32,000 bases of DNA, taken from Saccharolobus solfataricus. GTDB taxonomy: Archaea; Thermoproteota; Thermoprotei_A; Sulfolobales; Sulfolobaceae. The translations under genes and the position numbers were made by a program. Shown piece by piece: positions 18,171 through 26,468 of the stretch (positions are counted from its first letter, which is position 1; each line of letters opens with the position of its first letter). Under the pieces are notes generated by a model. That model worked only from the letters and a program-made list of their open reading frames with translations, was not told the DNA's origin and did not search any database. The stretch covers positions 2,400,001 to 2,432,000 of the forward strand of contig NZ_LT549890.1 in the NCBI RefSeq assembly GCF_900079115.1, in the 5' to 3' direction.

Positions 18171-19691
18171 ATGAGATTTTATATAAATCCTAGGAACAAG
18201 TATATAGAGGTTTATGGAGAGGGAAGAGAGGGCATAATTATTTTTCCAACATGGGTTCCCGGTTCTTATGTTATTAGAGATACTGAGAGATATGTTGTAG
18301 AAATAGATGGGATTAGAATAGGGAAGAACAGATTCTTCGTTAAGGATAAGTTCAGATATTTAATTCAAGCTCTTAGTAAAGATCAAAGGGAAGCAATCTC
18401 AACGAGCGACTATTTATTTATAAATCCAGCATCAGTATTCCCATTTCAGACAATTGAAGAGGAGTACTGTGTTAAAATTAACGTTAGGTGGCCCATTCAT
18501 ACTACGCTAAAAAAAGTCGGAGATTGGTTTTGTGCTGATAATTACAATGAATTTGCGGACTCACCGATTCAAGCTTCACCTAAATTAAAGTTGATCGAAA
18601 TTGATAGAAATCATAAAATTTCTACTATTGATGAGCTTGATAAACCCATAGTAGAATCTCTAGGTAAATGTACATTTGAAATAGATCAGAATATATTTTC
18701 CGATTCCTCAACAAATGAGTACATATTCTTTTTTAGAAGATCCGATACCGATTTCGGCGGAATAGAGCATGAGAGATCTTCCTCCATTGTAATCTCATGG
18801 AACTATAAAGATCTTATTCGTTTGTTTATTCATGAGTATTTCCATAGATATAATGTAAAGAAGATTAGACCAAAAGATTTAAAGATAAATTACGAAAGTG
18901 AGACTTATACTGAATTACTGTGGGTTGCAGAGGGTCTTACAGAATATATTGCAGTAATAGTCCCTTTGAGAACAAAAGTAGTAAAAGTTGACGATACCTT
19001 AAATTACATTGCTAATACACTAGCATGGCTTACCTTCCCCGGAATAAGGAGAATGAGCTTAGCAGAGTCTTCCTATACTACATGGATAAAGTATTATCGC
19101 CGTGATAATAATTTCTTAAATGTAGGTATTTCTTATTATCAGCTAGGTCTTATAGTTGGTCTTATAATGGATCTAGAGATGATTGACAGCGGTAACTCAA
19201 TATATAATTTCTTTAGAGAATTATATAAGATAAGGGAATATACGTATGGAAACGTTAGAGATATAGCAGAGGGGTTAGGAGTTCAAAATATAGACGAATT
19301 GGTGTTTTCAAGAAATCCACCTATATTTAACAGATTGTCGAAATTTTTTAAACTGAGTTTCGTGGACAAAGGTTTTCCATACTGTGGTTTAATGCTAGAT
19401 AATAAGAAGGTAACTTTTGTTGAAGATGACTCACCAGCAGATAAAGCAGGGATTATTCCGGGAGATGAAATAGTTGGGATAAACGGAATATCTTCTAGTA
19501 ATTTAAATTTAGAATGTAAGGATAAACTGGAGTTAGTTATTAATCGAGAAGGGAGGCTTATAGAGTTTACGATTATACCAGATGGAAATCCCGGACACAA
19601 TTTGGTTATAAAAGGAAATGGAGAGATCTTCAAGAAATGGTCTGGTGGTATAGAATATGGAGAAGGAAAGTCAAATATAAGAATTATCTAG
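18171..19691 (+). CDS. M61-family (glycyl aminopeptidase-like) metallopeptidase with a C-terminal PDZ domain
   Basis: HExxH zinc motif in IHEYFHRYN, a downstream WVAEGLTEY glutamate motif, and a C-terminal PDZ-like AGIIPGDEIVGINGI. Confidence 0.75.
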   Translation: MRFYINPRNKYIEVYGEGREGIIIFPTWVPGSYVIRDTERYVVEIDGIRIGKNRFFVKDKFRYLIQALSKDQREAISTSDYLFINPASVFPFQTIEEEYCVKINVRWPIHTTLKKVGDWFCADNYNEFADSPIQASPKLKLIEIDRNHKISTIDELDKPIVESLGKCTFEIDQNIFSDSSTNEYIFFFRRSDTDFGGIEHERSSSIVISWNYKDLIRLFIHEYFHRYNVKKIRPKDLKINYESETYTELLWVAEGLTEYIAVIVPLRTKVVKVDDTLNYIANTLAWLTFPGIRRMSLAESSYTTWIKYYRRDNNFLNVGISYYQLGLIVGLIMDLEMIDSGNSIYNFFRELYKIREYTYGNVRDIAEGLGVQNIDELVFSRNPPIFNRLSKFFKLSFVDKGFPYCGLMLDNKKVTFVEDDSPADKAGIIPGDEIVGINGISSSNLNLECKDKLELVINREGRLIEFTIIPDGNPGHNLVIKGNGEIFKKWSGGIEYGEGKSNIRII

Positions 19692-19693
19692 TA

Positions 19694-20742
19694 GGTGCTT
19701 TGTGGATTGCTTCAGAATTGTACAAAAAGTTTATAGATTATTCGTTAAGTATTACCTATGGGAAAGAGTAAGTACAAGAGGGACTGGAGCAAGTACGACG
19801 AGAACGTCATAACTAGATATAAGTTGATGTTCCCTTCTACGTATTCGAACATTGGTGGGACTTATTAGCAGAGGAGAACAGGAACGCTAGGACAAAGTAT
19901 AAAGCTCCGAAGGAGTTCAACGAATTCCTAGCATTCTTACACATCTTCCTACCTTGCAATAGAAGGAGTATTAAGAGCCTTAGAACAATTGAAGATCATC
20001 CCCACAAGCCTCGAACAATATGGGAGAGAGTGAGGAACATGAACATAACCTTCCCCGAGACAAGTGATGAACTTGAAGTAATTGTAGACGCTACCGGCAT
20101 TAGCACAAACACGGGAGGACAATACATTGTTGCCAAGTGGGGTAAGACTATGGATTCAAAATTCCTCAAGATCGAGATAGTAATGGACAATAACGAATTC
20201 AACGTGGTAAACGCTGAGGTCACTAGCAACGAGGTTGAAAGTGCTGTAAAAACAGTTAAGGATCTTCAAGATAAGGGAAAGAAGGTCAAGAAGTTTTATG
20301 GAGATAAGGCATATGACGTCAATGAGGTTTACAAGACCGGAGTTGAGGTTGTAGTTCCTCCCAAGAAGAACGCTTCTACTAAACGCCATCCTGCTAGACG
20401 TAAGGCTGTGAGTGAGTTTAGGAAGTTGGGTTATGATCGTTGGAGGGAGGAGAAGGGTTATGGCGTTAGGTGGCGGGTCGAGTCCTTGTTCTCTGCGGTG
20501 AAGCGTACTTTTGGGGAATCGGTTAGACAAGTTTTGCTGGGCAAGTAGTTGAGGCTAAGCTCAAGTTCTGGGCTTACGCGTGGATGGTTAACTTGGCGAA
20601 TTCTGTAGTCGGTAGGGCTCCGGGCATTAGGGTGTAAGCTTGAGAAGAACGTTGAAATAAATATTAATTACTGAAAAAATTAGTGTTATACAATATCGTT
20701 TTAATGAGACAAATTAAACGAATCAACAAAGTATATTGCACC
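19694..20742 (+). mobile_element. ISC1058-like insertion sequence (IS5 family), decayed copy (~1049 bp)
   Basis: Imperfect IR: ggtgctttgtggattgcttcagaatt (19694-) versus the reverse complement of the right end, ggtgcaatatactttgttgattcgtttaattt (ending at 20742). The internal transposase reading is broken several times. Confidence 0.7.
19758..20637 (+). pseudogene. ISC1058-like transposase with at least 3 frameshifts
   Basis: Reads MGKSKYKRDWSKYDENVITRYKLMFP, shift, WWDLLAEENRNARTKYKAPKEFNEFLAFLHIFLP, shift, AIEGVLRALEQLKIIPTSL, shift, then ORF 20030-20548. After a final shift it reads QVVEAKLKFWAYAWMVNLANSVVGRAPGIRV and stops. Confidence 0.75.
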
Positions 20743-20781
20743 AAAATCCTTATAAACTCTTTCTAAGGAAGCCTATACTAC

Positions 20782-21066
20782 ATGGAGCCATTCTATTTCA
20801 AGTCCTATAATAGAACAGTAGGAATAGCTCATGATATAAATGAATTAGAGAAGGAGATAGAGAGACTAGGAAGGGATGATCCTGGTTGTGTTGAGTGGCA
20901 TCTTAGGGAGGGGCATATTGTGGTTTGGTTGAACTATATTGGTGAGAGGGGTTTGGCTGAGATGTTGAGGGGGGTTGGTAACGTGAAGGAGGCGTTGGCT
21001 AGGATTAGGGAGTTTAAGGCATTGAAGAGTAGGCAGAGGAAGAGGACAAGATACTATAGCAAATAA
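20782..21066 (+). CDS. Hypothetical 94-aa protein whose C-terminal 65 codons are encoded by the 199-bp repeat
   Basis: ATG-initiated ORF. Codon style switches at the repeat boundary (see findings). The TAA is completed by the first unique base after the repeat. Confidence 0.5.
   Translation: MEPFYFKSYNRTVGIAHDINELEKEIERLGRDDPGCVEWHLREGHIVVWLNYIGERGLAEMLRGVGNVKEALARIREFKALKSRQRKRTRYYSK
20867..21065 (+). repeat. 199-bp direct repeat, copy 1
   Basis: By base-by-base visual comparison it is identical to 22492-22690. Hand count: 79 G versus 15 C. Confidence 0.9.
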
Positions 21067-21301
21067 TCCATTTTTTACGGTTAACTAAACTTCCAACTTT
21101 TTCTCAAGTTAGTATTTATAGGAAAATCGTTACACTTTTACGTTACGTTAAAAATATATAATGAATCTTTCCTGGTTAGATGAAAAATGTTTATTGATAA
21201 GCTATAATATTAAGAAGTACAATGGAAGATATTTATAAATACATGGATAAATATTTTGACTTTTTATGATAAGGGAATTTCCTAAAACTACTATCAAGTC
21301 T

Positions 21302-21494
21302 GGTCTATCGGACATGTGCGATTCAAGTGTCTTTTGCGAATTGTAATTTGTAAATGATGCAGTTGTAAAAATGTTAACATTTGGTAATCATGTTTCTCTA
21401 CTAATTAGTCGCCTTCATTTAGTTAATTTCATAGCAATCTTTAAAATAAAGTGAATTCGCAATGGATGTCTGAATCTCCCGGTCTATCGGACAT
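21302..21494. repeat. MITE-like structure: 14-bp direct repeats flanking 23-nt imperfect inverted arms
   Basis: ggtctatcggacat occurs at 21302-21315 and 21481-21494. The arms are gattcaagtgtcttttgcgaatt (21320-21342) and aattcgcaatggatgtctgaatc (21454-21476), matching at 17/23 as an inverted repeat. A 14-bp perfect palindrome, aaatgttaacattt, lies inside at 21369-21382. Confidence 0.45.
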
Positions 21495-21676
21495 AATTAA
21501 AAATCTGAAGTCTAAATTTTAAAAATCTTGAAAATTCGTCTTTGCCTTTAAAGGCTAGACTCTCAGTAGTGAGGAATTAAGACTATGAAAAGATTATCGA
21601 GTGAAGATTATCATTAAATTCTTCTAGGATTGATTAAAAATACAAGCTATGAGATTCTCTGTTCTGATATTAAGAA

Positions 21677-21712
21677 GTTAAACTTTATACCTATTGAGTT
21701 AAACTATTATTT
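21677..21712 (+). promoter_or_regulatory. Putative vapBC promoter: TATA-like tttata flanked by two gttaaact repeats
   Basis: gttaaact occurs at 21677-21684 and 21698-21705. tttata at 21685-21690 is centred about 26 nt before the vapB ATG, consistent with a leaderless transcript. The repeats are candidate AbrB-type antitoxin operators. Confidence 0.35.
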
Positions 21713-21952
21713 ATGATGGTCACAAAGGTACACAAAAAGGGAATAGTAGTTATCCCAAAGGAAATAAGGGAAAAGTTTAACATCAAGGAGAGGGATGAAG
21801 TAATTATTTACAGTGACGAATATGGGATTCACATATTACCAAAGAAGTCGCCAGAGGAATTATTTGGAATAGATAGAGGAAAAAGTTTGGAAGAGCTGGC
21901 TAAGGAACATATTAAAGAAAGGGAAACTGAACGTGCGAAAGTACATCCTTGA
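21713..21952 (+). CDS. vapB: VapB-type antitoxin (AbrB/SpoVT domain)
   Basis: VHKKGIVVIPKEIREKFNIKERDEVIIY is a typical AbrB/SpoVT swapped-hairpin motif. It overlaps the PIN gene by 20 nt. Confidence 0.8.
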   Translation: MMVTKVHKKGIVVIPKEIREKFNIKERDEVIIYSDEYGIHILPKKSPEELFGIDRGKSLEELAKEHIKERETERAKVHP

Positions 21953-22313
21953 TGCTAATATTATATTTCAATTCTTCTCTGGTTCACCTAATGTTAAGAA
22001 GTATCTATTAAATAATGACGAGAAGTTTGTTAACGCTGTAAATCTTTCAGAATTCGCATATCATTACGCAAGGAAATTCGGCCTTAGGGCCTCGAGCGTC
22101 AAATTGAACTACCTCTTGACCTTCATAAATCTTGTGGAAATCGATAAGACACTTGCGGAAATAGCTTCGAAAATAAGATTAAAATACAATCTATCCCTAG
22201 ATGATTCCTTTCTCATCGCCACAGCAGAGGTAATTGAGGGAATAGTTGTCGCATCTGATCACGAGTTAGCAGAAAGAACGGCAAAAGATTATAATGTGGA
22301 ATTTATACTCTAG
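21933..22313 (+). CDS. vapC: VapC-type toxin (PIN-domain ribonuclease)
   Basis: It has YILDANI (first acidic residue), SEFAY, SLDDSFLIATAE and ASDHE, giving the four conserved PIN acidic positions. GTG start overlapping the end of vapB. Confidence 0.8.
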   Translation: MRKYILDANIIFQFFSGSPNVKKYLLNNDEKFVNAVNLSEFAYHYARKFGLRASSVKLNYLLTFINLVEIDKTLAEIASKIRLKYNLSLDDSFLIATAEVIEGIVVASDHELAERTAKDYNVEFIL

Positions 22314-22491
22314 AATAATTTTAATAAAATGAAGATACAACTTTATCCGCATAAAAAATCTTACAGTACTGCTTCAAATTTTAAATCTTAATTTTTCCCA
22401 ATCAAGGTGTTTTTCGGTGTTATACACTTTTTCTTCAAGCTTCTGAGTGGGAAACGCATCGGGCTAATCTATTATAGCCCTATTGTAATAA

Positions 22492-22690
22492 TAGGAAGGG
22501 ATGATCCTGGTTGTGTTGAGTGGCATCTTAGGGAGGGGCATATTGTGGTTTGGTTGAACTATATTGGTGAGAGGGGTTTGGCTGAGATGTTGAGGGGGGT
22601 TGGTAACGTGAAGGAGGCGTTGGCTAGGATTAGGGAGTTTAAGGCATTGAAGAGTAGGCAGAGGAAGAGGACAAGATACTATAGCAAATA
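22492..22690 (+). repeat. 199-bp direct repeat, copy 2 (gene fragment with no start or stop)
   Basis: Identical to 20867-21065. It ends 6 bp before the stop codon of the convergent Lrp gene. Confidence 0.9.
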
Positions 22691-22696
22691 CACTTT

Positions 22697-23464
22697 TTAT
22701 AAAAATTCATATTTTGTTGTTATCATTATTTCTGCGTCCTTATCGTATTCTCTCTTAAACTTTAATGCTAAGTCCCTAGCTTCATCCATACTATCAACCA
22801 CATTTACAAATATTCCAGCTTTATCATCTTCTATTTCAGTGAAAGCGTACTTAGCAAAGAAATTTTTCCCGTCTTCTACTTTAGATGTAAATACTGCAAA
22901 TATAGATATTTCTGCCTTATTTAAATCTATAATAGGGATCAATCGGATGAATTTCTTGCTATATAAATATCTTAGATGCCTTCTGATCGTTTTAGACGAT
23001 ACACCCAATTCTTCGGCAAGCTCAATTGGTTTTATTAGAGGTTTCTCTTTGAGGATACTCACTACTTTCAAGTCGAACTTAGATGGGCTATAAGGCATCT
23101 GATTTGGTATATAAATCATTCTTGGTTCTCCTAACTTCTCGCTCATTTTTCGTATTTTTTCATCAAGTTCAACTCTACTCTTTGAATCGATTTCATAAAC
23201 GTTAATTTCTTCTAAACACTCAATTTTAGCTATGTAATCTCCATCCCAATCGTATAAATTGTTAAAGGCCACGTAGCCATGGTATCTGCCTAGGAAATTC
23301 GGATTTACATAAACTGTAAATCTTTTGATTATATCCCCAAATAACTTTTCCATTCTGTAGCTTACTGCTGGTGGAGATATGCCTAACATGATTGCTATTT
23401 TTCTTTGTGGTGTTCTAGCGTCCTTTAGAAGTATCTTCAAAATTCCCTTATCTATTGAGTCCAT
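22697..23464 (-). CDS. Tandem-domain Lrp/AsnC-family transcriptional regulator (two HTH modules)
   Basis: The first HTH is ILKILLKDARTPQRKIAIMLGISPPAVSYRMEKL. The second is VVSILKEKPLIKPIELAEELGVSSKTIRRHLRYL. Each is followed by a RAM-like region. Confidence 0.75.
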   Translation of the reverse strand: MDSIDKGILKILLKDARTPQRKIAIMLGISPPAVSYRMEKLFGDIIKRFTVYVNPNFLGRYHGYVAFNNLYDWDGDYIAKIECLEEINVYEIDSKSRVELDEKIRKMSEKLGEPRMIYIPNQMPYSPSKFDLKVVSILKEKPLIKPIELAEELGVSSKTIRRHLRYLYSKKFIRLIPIIDLNKAEISIFAVFTSKVEDGKNFFAKYAFTEIEDDKAGIFVNVVDSMDEARDLALKFKREYDKDAEIMITTKYEFL

Positions 23465-23522
23465 AATTACCTATCCCATTTATGTTTTATATCCTTTTCT
23501 TACAATACTGTTTTAAAAGTTT

Positions 23523-24122
23523 TCACAATATTTCTTCTTTTTCACTTATCTTTTTGAGACCTTCGAATAAGGAGTTTGTATTTCTTTCATTAAAGGGTAG
23601 TTTTATTATAGTATACTCTCCAGAATATATCCCATACATAAAAAGTATTACATCTCTCTCGTACAAAAAAGTGTAAATAAGTGCTTGCATTAGGTCGACC
23701 TTCTTAAGTTCAGGTTTGCTCTTTATTTCTATCACAAGATCGTCAGAGCAAATATCGGCCTGCCCAACCAACTTGATATTTCCTATTCTCTCTATCCTCT
23801 TATCACAATAGTATAATTTCCTCTCATTAACTACCTCGTAAAGAAGCTCTAGAGCTTTATTCAAATTATAGTAAAATGGTAAATATTTCTCATTAATTCT
23901 GATAATGCCATTTATTAGATATTCTTGCAAATACTCATGAAGTAATTGACCTAGCTTTCCGTTACTGGGCATTCTCAACTCTAGTATATAATATTGGGAA
24001 AGTACTTCGTACTCTATATCCTTGTAGTTAATGAAATAGCCTAATTTCTTTTTTAGACTATTTTCCACCATTCTGCTTTTCTGATCGGAGTTTAAATAGA
24101 TTTTTCCAAAAAACCAAGACAT
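23523..24122 (-). CDS. PD-(D/E)xK nuclease, RecB/Cas4-like core without a Fe-S cysteine cluster
   Basis: Motifs in order are LVGQADI (D123), VIEIKS (E132-x-K134) and QALIY (Q146-xxx-Y150), the RecB-family D...ExK...QxxxY signature. There is no CxxCxxxxxC. Confidence 0.6.
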   Translation of the reverse strand: MSWFFGKIYLNSDQKSRMVENSLKKKLGYFINYKDIEYEVLSQYYILELRMPSNGKLGQLLHEYLQEYLINGIIRINEKYLPFYYNLNKALELLYEVVNERKLYYCDKRIERIGNIKLVGQADICSDDLVIEIKSKPELKKVDLMQALIYTFLYERDVILFMYGIYSGEYTIIKLPFNERNTNSLFEGLKKISEKEEIL

Positions 24123-24184
24123 ATCTAGTATGAATTTAGCTTGAATATTACCATAATTATAAACGTTTTAGGATCGATAGTGAT

Positions 24185-25354
24185 TTAAGTTCTTCCTCTT
24201 CTCCAATCTGTCTTAGGTAGTATTACGTGTTTAAATGATTCTAGTCTATTCTTATAAGGAATCAAATCCTCTATTATGTTTCTTATCTCATTCTTCAAGT
24301 TCTTTTTAGGACTGAATCCCAAGGATGGCAATATTTTAGTTTCAACGTTATAATAGTGCTCTTCTTTCTCTACTCTAGGATTATTTACATTTTGTATCTT
24401 TACCGTTAACCCCATGGACTCGCCAACTTCTTTAACCATGTTTGCAATTTGACCAACACTATAGACTTCATGAATCTGATTAACGACTCTATATTCTCCT
24501 TGGCTAGGAGGATGTTCAAGTAAAATTGTTAATGCTTGCATACTATCTTCAAGTGAGATAAATCCTCTGGTTTGTCCTCCTTTTCCATAAGGTGTTAACG
24601 GAAGACCTAATACTGCTTCCACACAATACCTATTAACAACTGTTCCCCAAACTTCATCAAAATCAAACCTTGTCCTTAACTTCTCATCTATAATTTCCTC
24701 AGTTCTAGTACCATATACAGGACCTTGCATAATATCAGTGATAGTTAAGTTCCATACTTTATTTGCCCACATTAAGTTATAGCTGTCATAAACTTTACTC
24801 CAATGATACCAACTGCTCGCCCATTTAGGAAATGGAATCTTATCCTTTTTACCATTTATCTCGACTTCTACGAATGGTGACTCCAGTATATCGTAATTTG
24901 GAGTTCCGTACTCTCCCATTGTCCCCATCTTTAAGATATGAATACTAGGATCTACTTTAATGATCGAATAGATTAGATTTATTGTACTGGTCAGATTGTT
25001 TATTAGTGTATAATTAGCGTGGTTCACATCAATCATCGAGTAAGGAGCAGATCTTTGTTCGGCAAAATGTACTATTGCTTCCGGTTTATGCCTCTGAATA
25101 ATTTCATGTAATTTATCGAAATCCTTAACATCAGCCCTATAAAAAGTTATATCAACGTCAAGTAATTTTCTTGCTGCTGAAATCCTTTCCTCAGGATCTG
25201 GTAATGGAAATGCGGAATCTGATCCTACTTCCCTTACCGCATCCCTGGTATATAAGTTATCTACTCCAATGACTTCATGTCCTCTTTTAGCTAATCGTAA
25301 GGCTAGAGCCCATCCTAAGTAACCATCAGCACCTAAAATAATTACTTTCATCAA
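24185..25354 (-). CDS. agl3: UDP-sulfoquinovose synthase (SQD1/Agl3-type SDR)
   Basis: Blocks ILGADGYLGWA, HFAEQRSAPYSM, KMGTMGEYGTPN, SWYHWSK, IMQGPVYG, NRYCVEA, YGKGGQTRGF and NPRVEKEEHYYN are near-collinear with plant SQD1 as I recall it. Confidence 0.8.
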   Translation of the reverse strand: MMKVIILGADGYLGWALALRLAKRGHEVIGVDNLYTRDAVREVGSDSAFPLPDPEERISAARKLLDVDITFYRADVKDFDKLHEIIQRHKPEAIVHFAEQRSAPYSMIDVNHANYTLINNLTSTINLIYSIIKVDPSIHILKMGTMGEYGTPNYDILESPFVEVEINGKKDKIPFPKWASSWYHWSKVYDSYNLMWANKVWNLTITDIMQGPVYGTRTEEIIDEKLRTRFDFDEVWGTVVNRYCVEAVLGLPLTPYGKGGQTRGFISLEDSMQALTILLEHPPSQGEYRVVNQIHEVYSVGQIANMVKEVGESMGLTVKIQNVNNPRVEKEEHYYNVETKILPSLGFSPKKNLKNEIRNIIEDLIPYKNRLESFKHVILPKTDWRRGRT

Positions 25355-25444
25355 TAATGTGAAGGTTGTGGAAATAAAAAAGCTTATGGTAAGGGTAAGG
25401 CTAACTAACGAGAAAAGTTAAATCCGCATCCGTTAAATCGGAAA

Positions 25445-26371
25445 TTATTGCTTAACAGTCTGTAATAGATGATCTAAATTCTCCTTATAAACTCTATAGA
25501 AGTCCTCAACAGACTTATTTAACCTTTGCCTATCACTCTCTGGTAATACACCCTCCAAACTCGGTCCTATTTCAGCTCCTACAACTATTGGAACACTTAT
25601 GTGGATTATTTCACCTTGATAAGTTCTAGGGGTTGCGATACTCATTACTCTTCCCTCATTAAAGACTACTGATCTCACGATATCCTTTATTATAGTTGCA
25701 GGTCCCCATGTTGTTCCTCCCATTACCCTTATTATTTCCCCTGGTATTGACTTGACGTAATTTTCAACTTCCTCTTTAGTTAATCCCTTAGCTACTTCCT
25801 CAAAAGGTTTTCCATTAACCTTAACTGTGCTCCATAATACCACTGCATCTTCTCCATGCTCTCCTGCTACGTATCCAGTTACTTTGTTCGCTGGGACCTT
25901 GAGTTTCTTGGCTATGTATGATCTAAGTCTCATTGTCTCCACTGCATCGCCAGTACTTATTGTAAATTGTTTAGAGAATCTCATAAATACTGATGCCATC
26001 ATGTCCACGGGATTTGCAACCATTATATATAGTGCCCCTGGATTTTTAGGTGGAAGCTGTTTTGCAAGGTCTATTTGTATTTTCGCATTGTCAATAAACA
26101 AGTCCCTTCTGCTCATTCCAGGTTTCCTGGGCTTACCTGCCATAATTAGTATGATATCAGCATTGGTCACATCATCAAGAGAGTTAGTACCAATAACTTC
26201 AGTGGAAAGACCTCGCGTAGCTATTGCGTGTCTTAACTCGTGTTCAAACTTTTCTGGTAATTCCGGTACAATATCATATAGTATAGCTTCACTAGCCAAG
26301 CCGTCAAAAATTACAGAATAAGCTATTGTCTGGCCTATTTTTCCTACTCCTATAAAAGCTATTTTTACCAT
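25445..26371 (-). CDS. mdh: Malate dehydrogenase (LDH-like MDH family)
   Basis: [15 protein letters not shown] Rossmann start, [15 protein letters not shown] substrate-loop arginines, and catalytic AGEHGE. The ORF track begins 19 codons further upstream (26428). I prefer the ATG at 26369-26371, which places the GxGxxG motif at the usual distance, but the start is not certain. Confidence 0.85.
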
Positions 26372-26468
26372 ATTATCACGAGTATAAATATGCATTCTAA
26401 AGTATATTAAGCTTTTTTCAATGTTCATTATAGTTCGACTTTTATACTCCCTTTAATTTTACTCTATT

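Noticed and set aside
22407-23093. 228-aa + strand ORF from the track
   Set aside because: It is a read-through artefact. It begins at a non-ATG codon in non-coding DNA, traverses copy 2 of the 199-bp repeat, then continues antisense through the well-supported Lrp/AsnC gene because the repeat copy lacks the TAA of copy 1.
25827-26321. 164-aa + strand ORF
   Set aside because: Antisense to malate dehydrogenase. Ser/Leu-rich with no motif.
26372-26428. 19-codon N-terminal extension of mdh in the ORF track
   Set aside because: The extension ([19 protein letters not shown]) precedes the Rossmann [13 protein letters not shown] start found at the extreme N-terminus of this family. It is probably promoter DNA, although I cannot exclude the upstream starts.
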